Source of the DNA: the human T2T-CHM13v2.0 reference genome, Homo sapiens
Direction: 5' to 3' (one strand)
Assembly (NCBI RefSeq): GCF_009914755.1
Contig: NC_060926.1
DNA: 64,000 bases
Shown: piece after piece, positions 57,470 to 64,000 of the stretch
Layout of the letters: each line of letters begins with the position of its first letter
Numbering within the stretch: position 1 is the first letter of the stretch
Program-made: the position numbers and the translations under genes
The notes under the pieces: model-generated
What the model was told of the DNA's origin: nothing
The model's input: only the letters and a program-made list of their open reading frames with translations
The model's database searches: none

Positions 57470-57730
57470 TGTTTCTTTCTTTCTCTCTCTCTCTCGATAG
57501 ATCTTCTATATATCTCTCTCTATAAATATTTAGAAGACATATAGAGATATATAGGGAGAAGATATATAAATATATATTTATATATAAATATATGGTGTAT
57601 ATGTTCTATAGGCTATATATAAATTATATCTTCTATATATCTATATTTATATATAGTACATATATCTTCAATATATATCTATATAGAGATATACAGAAGA
57701 TGTATCCATATATATACATATATCTTCTAG
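57470..57730. repeat. (CT)n plus complex TA-rich low-complexity tract
   Basis: Direct reading. Confidence 0.9.
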
Positions 57731-58105
57731 AATCTCATAATGGTATATTTGGGGATTCTATTTTTAGTTATTGTCTTGAGTCTTTTGAAGATCCTACTGA
57801 AGACCCATACTCTTCTGTTATAGAATTTTTTTGTTGCATATTTTGTGATAATTTTATCATCTTCATTTTCTCTGTTCTTTGTTCAAGCCTATCTATTTAC
57901 ATGAGGTTAGCCTTCTTTGATTGGATTTTTAGAGTTTTTGCTCATATTGTCAATGTTTGTTACTAGGGCTTTTCTACCTTCTGTGAGATAGAGATTGCTT
58001 AAAATTCCAGCACTTCTGTGTTTTTGGGTATGGGTTCAAATTTTTAATTGAAAAAATATTACTCTTGTTCTTTGAATATTCCAGATTATAGTGCTTGTTT
58101 CTTTT

Positions 58106-58238
58106 TGGAGACTTCCTGATGTTTTTGTAGAGAGCAGTGTGCCTTTAGGTTTTCTGATGATTCACTAATTTTCTCTACTTTATTGTTTTTTCCTTGTATT
58201 TATTCTAAGACCTTATTTTCCCAGTTAGATGCCTCACT
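58106..58238 (+). repeat. 133-bp direct repeat, copy 1
   Basis: Identical to 58815-58947 except one substitution (gcctttagg/gcttttagg). Confidence 0.95.
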
Positions 58239-58374
58239 CAAATGTAACTTACTCTTTTTTTTTCCTTTGGATTTAATAATGGATCACTAAAAATGAAATC
58301 AGGTGATGTTTATATGAGTAGCGTTTGTTGACTTTCTTTCCTCATCATATGTGAATTAACTAGACATCAGGTGT

Positions 58375-58706
58375 TTTTTATTCATTTATTTATTTATTTA
58401 TTTACTTTATTCTTTTGAGACAGAGTCTTGCTCTGTCACCCACGCTAGAGTGCAATGGCGTGATCTCGGCTCACTGCAACTTCCGCCTGCCTAGTTCAAG
58501 CGATTCTCCTGCCTCAGCCTTCTGAGTAGCTAGGATTACAGGCACCCACCATCATGCCAGCTAATTTTTTTTTTTTTTTGTATTTTTGTACAGACAGGAT
58601 TTCACCATGTTCTCCAAGATGGTCTTGAACTCCTGACCTCGGGTGATCCGCCCACCTTGGCCTCCCAAATTGCTGGGATTACAGGTGTGAGCCTCCGTGC
58701 CTGGCC
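58375..58706 (-). mobile_element. AluS
   Basis: (TTTA)n tail, gagacagagtcttgctctgtcacc...gcctccgtgcctggcc. Confidence 0.95.
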
Positions 58707-58814
58707 ATGTCTGGTATTTTAATGGGAAACCACTAAACATTAATACCTGGCTACTCACTTTTTTCCACCAATGAAACTTCCAATTTCCAGTTTTGCACAC
58801 TGCACCATGGGACA

Positions 58815-58947
58815 TGGAGACTTCCTGATGTTTTTGTAGAGAGCAGTGTGCTTTTAGGTTTTCTGATGATTCACTAATTTTCTCTACTTTATTGTTTTTT
58901 CCTTGTATTTATTCTAAGACCTTATTTTCCCAGTTAGATGCCTCACT
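58815..58947 (+). repeat. 133-bp direct repeat, copy 2
   Basis: See copy 1; bracketed by caccatggga at 58803-58812 and 58966-58975. Confidence 0.95.
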
Positions 58948-59320
58948 ATCCCAGTTAGATTCCCTCACCATGGGAATCAGGAAGATGAAATCAGCTGGTG
59001 CAATGTCCAACCATTCAGTATGCAGATATTGCTTACTGTCACCTTTGCCTAACACAGTTGTTTTTGATTTTCCAAATTCTACATTTTCTTAGGCACATCT
59101 TTTGCATATAGTAAATTTTTGTCATAGACCACTGTGGATGAGAAGCAATTATATCTCTAGTGGGGGTTGTTGGTGGAAATCTTGAGAGTGTTAATTAACA
59201 TACAGAGTGTCAATCAGATCACCACTTTTCAGCTCCATAAACATTGAAGCTTCAGAGGTATTTTCTGCAACTAATTTTACAGCCTATTTGGGTTCTTGAG
59301 ATTCAAAAACCTTTTGAGGA

Positions 59321-59676
<356 letters not shown>

Positions 59677-60499
59677 TTACCTCCCTTCCTTCTGTTTTCC
59701 ATCCTCCAATCTTTTAAAGAAACTTACGTGTCTTTGTCTTCTATTTGGTTTTATTTGTCTATGTTACTTTATACATTATCTTATTGCTGGTTTATTAAAA
59801 TTTTTAAAAAGAGGAAATTATTATATCCATTAAATCCTAATTCATCCTATTTAGCCAGTAGTCAACATTTTCTTTCATATTTCCATACATTCTTGGTACT
59901 AAGTTCTTTGTTGCCAGTTTTTCATTTGTATTACATTGTGGAATGTCCCATTCTGTGGTGGTAAGGATTTGAATCTACATTGTTTTCTCAATTTTCAGTA
60001 ATCTAAACCCTAAATCCTTGGTAATAATTTCAGATACCAGATAACTTTCCACTGTTGAAAATTTATCCATTTTATTTTTAAATCTCATTTCCCTATGCCG
60101 TTATGAGTGTGCTATTCTGAAAATGACAGAGGATATAGATCCCACAGCTCCTGTATTCAAGCTGTCTTTTTAAATATTGTCTCTGCAGAATTAATTCTAA
60201 TAACCTTCTCTCCATGGAAGCACTCCTGAAGAATTAAGTTTGAGCCAAGGCATTAGATGTTGAGGAGTATGTAAGTCTTCCAAATGTGCCATATGGTTCA
60301 GAATGCTCCTTATCTGATGGGGAAGAAGGCTTCAAGTTTTGGCAACCACCATCCCTTAGATTTTTCTCTTGTATGCCAAAATTATCCTTATTTGCCTTCC
60401 TTAATTGTATTCCATTATCTAATATGTTTATGACTACTTCTCATGATTCTTTTCCTTTTTGCTTATCCCTCACTTCATTTAGGTGACTGAGAAAATGAC

Positions 60500-60795
60500 T
60501 ACTATCAAAGGAGCTTTCTCTGATCCTGATGATTGTATCTGAAATGGCACCTCCCTCTTTTCAATCTCTACCTGCTTATCCTGCCTTATCTTTTGTTGTT
60601 ATTAATAGTGCAACACAGTATTTTAAATAGTATAGTTTTATCAATATATTAGATGCACTTATCTCTCTTAGCACATATTATGATGCCAGGGCCATTAGAT
60701 TAGGAAATTTGTTTTATTCACTATTATGTCTCCAACACTTAGAATAATGTTTGACACAAATTAGGCCACAATCAATAGTTGTTTGAGTGAATAAA
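60500..60795 (+). mobile_element. L2 3' end
   Basis: tttattcactattatgtctccaacacttagaataatgtttgacacaaattagg...tttgagtgaataaa. Confidence 0.7.
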
Positions 60796-62141
60796 GGCTG
60801 GGATACATTTACCTCCATCTCACTTCAAAGTCTATTGAAGTGGCAGAAAGATGTAAACAAGAACAATAAAGCTACCACCCAATATACATATACAAAACAA
60901 CAACAGAAAAAAAGAAACACTGATGAATTTCTGGAACACAAATAGAATACAAGACAAAATTTATAGTCACAACAGAGCAGAGAAAGAGTTAGCCCCAAAA
61001 TAATAATAAACTATACATAATACTCAAAGCCAAACAAACATGGCACACACAGGAAAAGGCAACTACCAAGGTCAGACTACGTGATTTACTTGCTTAAAAA
61101 TCCAAGTTATGAAGGGAAAGAGTAGAAAAGAGTTTGGGGACAAATACTAAGGTAAATAATAACCACCTTTTAAAAAGTTTAGCTACCAGAAAAATTCTCC
61201 TTAACTAGATAGTCTGAGAATATGTCCTCAGGCCAAAGAAGCAGAGCAGTAGAATCGGTCTATTAACCAACTCAATTTCTGTTCCAAATTGTGTTGTCAA
61301 AGGAGTTTGGTTGACAAAGAAAGAATCATTCTGGAATTCCTGGCAAATTGTGATCTACAAAATTGTAGAAGAATTTTGTGTTGGGAAGGAAATGTTCGGA
61401 ATTAAAGAAACAAGAAAACCCAGTAAATAAGAAACACACCAACATGACAAAAGTAAATTTCAGTGATTGCAACATATATAAATAAATAATGTTTGCCTAT
61501 TATAAAAAAAACTGTAGCTATTTATTTTTGCAAGAGGATCTCGTGAAGAAAAAGAAGAATTAATAAACTAAATCTAGGTCAGAAGAAAACATTCAACCTG
61601 AAGCATGTAGAGGCAAAAGGATTTTTTCTTAAATAACTTTTCCACTGTAAAATAAAGAGGAATTAAATTTCATAACTGTCAGGGCAAAGCAGAATAAAGA
61701 CAAAGGAAATGTACAGCGAAGAATAAGTAATTAGGAAGAACAGGGTGAATTTCCCTCATCTTCAAATTACTCCTATTATACTCAAACATATTTAGAATAG
61801 TTTGTTTTAGAGATTCAATAAACCATGAGCAATCACTTACTATACCAGGTTATTTTTTAAATAGAGGAAAACTTTACACATGTATTTGACTCTTCCAAAA
61901 TCATTATAAGTTGAGAGTAATTTTTAATACCAGGAATGTTCAGTTCTATCTATCAGAGGCATCTTTCCTGGAATAACATTATTCTAACATCTATGAGATT
62001 TGGGAGAAAGGAGGATTATAGTAAAAGTAAATCCTCTTTTATGCAGCTTTCCATCCTTGCTGTGACCTAGATGTTTTAAAATAATAACCTTCTTTGTTAT
62101 CTGAAAAATTAATAGAAACCATGTTTAGAACCAATAAAGCT

Positions 62142-62158
62142 TGTCGCCACCTGTTGAA
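62142..62158 (-). promoter_or_regulatory. Candidate CTCF motif
   Basis: Reverse strand ttcaacaggtggcgaca resembles the CTCF core and retains a CpG. Confidence 0.4.
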
Positions 62159-62195
62159 TTGCCAATTCAAGTCAGCCATTACTACTTAAACAGAA

Positions 62196-62242
62196 AATTA
62201 TCGTCATCTGCCAATTATTGTACCTGCCAATTATCGTCATCT
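62196..62242. repeat. 16/17-bp tandem repeat x~2.8 (aattatcgtcatctgcc)
   Basis: aattatcgtcatctgcc / aattattgtacctgcc / aattatcgtcatct. Confidence 0.85.
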
Positions 62243-64000
62243 TTGCTATTCTTCCTTTTATGAAGTGTTTTGAAATCAGTGTGGTTTGTAAACCACCACA
62301 TACATGTATTTCACAAGCAAATATTAATAGCTAAACATGTCATCATTTTTATAGTAAATGAGAAGCAATAAAAAACAATAAATCATATAGAGAAAAAATA
62401 ATGGCCCTACTAACATTTTAAATTACTTTGAGGACTAATAAGAATTGGTATTTTAAAGGTTACTTCAATTTCAATTCTATTTTTCTACATAGTATTAAAA
62501 TGATAACAAAGAAAAAAAAGTCACCTCTGTACATGAGATGAAAGGAGTAGGAAAGAAAAAACAACCAAACTAAACTAAAACAGAACAAAACAGTTGTTTA
62601 AGTAACTCATCCAATTAAATGATTCACACAGTGCTTTATTAGGTTAGGCATTCATTAAATAACCTTCCTAATGACCCAGTGGCATCTTTGTCATTTGTGC
62701 AGTGTCCTAAATCAGTGTGCAAGGATGTCACCTGAAGGAAGTAAATTAATTAAGAGCTCTTAATGAGCATAACAGCCTGTTCATTTCACTAAGACATTTT
62801 ATAATCTCTTTGAATACAATGTTACAGCTAGAAATATTAACAAAAAATTATAAAGCTGCATCTTACTCTACTTCATTGTTAATTTACATTTATTCCTGAC
62901 ATTACTGATTAAACTGTCAAATTATTGAGGAAAGATATTCAAACTTATTCAAAAGTATGAATTTAAATATCACACAAGCTGGCATCAAGCACTTACACTG
63001 ATGGAGGAAAAACACTATTTAAAGTTGAAATCTGAAATTAAGTTATTCAATATAAATGTATTTATTTTTCTCTCAAACTTTGTTAATCATGTTTAAATGG
63101 CTTATTTTTTCTCCAATATTTAAAAGTTAAGGCACAGGTTTTGAACACTTAGGATACGTACTCCTAATATATTAGACATCTATCTTTAAAATGTGTATAT
63201 AGAGAATGTATATCTCACATTATGTGTACATTTGTGTATATATGTAGTGTATGCATTATATATGTATACATGATGTGAGGTATCAAATATATATATAATA
63301 CACACAAATATATGCACACACTTAACTTGTAACCATGGATTTGCAGTTTTATGAGAAGAAATATTTCCAGAAGACTCACTTGAGTGTATTTACAATCAAG
63401 AATGATGTATGGGCATCAGCAGTGATTACAGAGACCCATCACAATATCCCCTTCAGTTCACATCTGTGGCATTCATGGACCCTATGAACTTTTAGTTTTT
63501 AACTAGGAACAACTGACAGGTAGGGAGAATCTCACATCTCTGCAATCATCTGTATCACAAATTTTTGTCAACAGCTATATAGCTCTTATAACTGGTGAAC
63601 TTATCTTCATTCTGCCTATACAGACCAAAAATTATTGACTGAATATATTTGAAAATAATCTAATGTAAAGGGCATCTCACTGACTACCATAACTTCATAT
63701 CTGCAATCTATTAGCTATCAAATATCTTAGCTACAACGAGCCTTGGTTTCCTCATCTTTAAATTGGGATTGTACAGGGGATAATTCTTTAATTTTGCATT
63801 TCATGTTCTCTTGTTGCAAACGATGAAAACATTCTGTTTATTTAGAATTTTCCTCCACATTATTTTTAGTGCTACAGTCTAGAAAATTAGTCTAAATACC
63901 TATCTATTGTGCATAGCTATCATTTTAAAAATATGAAGAATAAATAAATGATCATTCGTTAGCACAACCTGGCCTAACAAATATTAATTTTTTTCTGTAA

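Noticed and set aside
57592-57966. 124-aa ORF
   Set aside because: Translation of TA-rich low-complexity and old LINE sequence
62749-62764. Perfect 16-bp palindrome attaagagctcttaat
   Set aside because: About one 8-bp-arm palindrome is expected by chance in 64 kb, more in AT-rich DNA

Overview
AT-rich, CpG-poor primate (very probably human) genomic DNA dominated by transposable elements: about 18 Alus (FRAM/J/S/Y ages), L1s of several ages, L2, MIR, ERVL/MaLR solo LTRs and MER DNA transposons. There is no CpG island, no recognisable RNA gene and no confidently identifiable protein-coding gene. Almost all ORFs in the track are Alu, L1 or low-complexity artefacts. The gene-like signals are a candidate + strand terminal exon with AATAAA (17382-~17595), a candidate frame-symmetric 195-nt - strand exon next to a (TG)17 tract (7696-7890) and a 34-nt + strand micro-exon candidate (24945-24978); I could not name the host gene. 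The best-supported curiosities are mutational scars: two twin-priming 5'-inverted L1s and a 133-bp templated duplication flanked by a 10-bp direct repeat. There is also a pair of inverted Hsmar1/MADE1 TIR fragments bracketing the candidate terminal exon. I did not find a convincing novel biological system. Repeat subfamily calls come from recalled consensus sequences, and boundaries of old elements are approximate.
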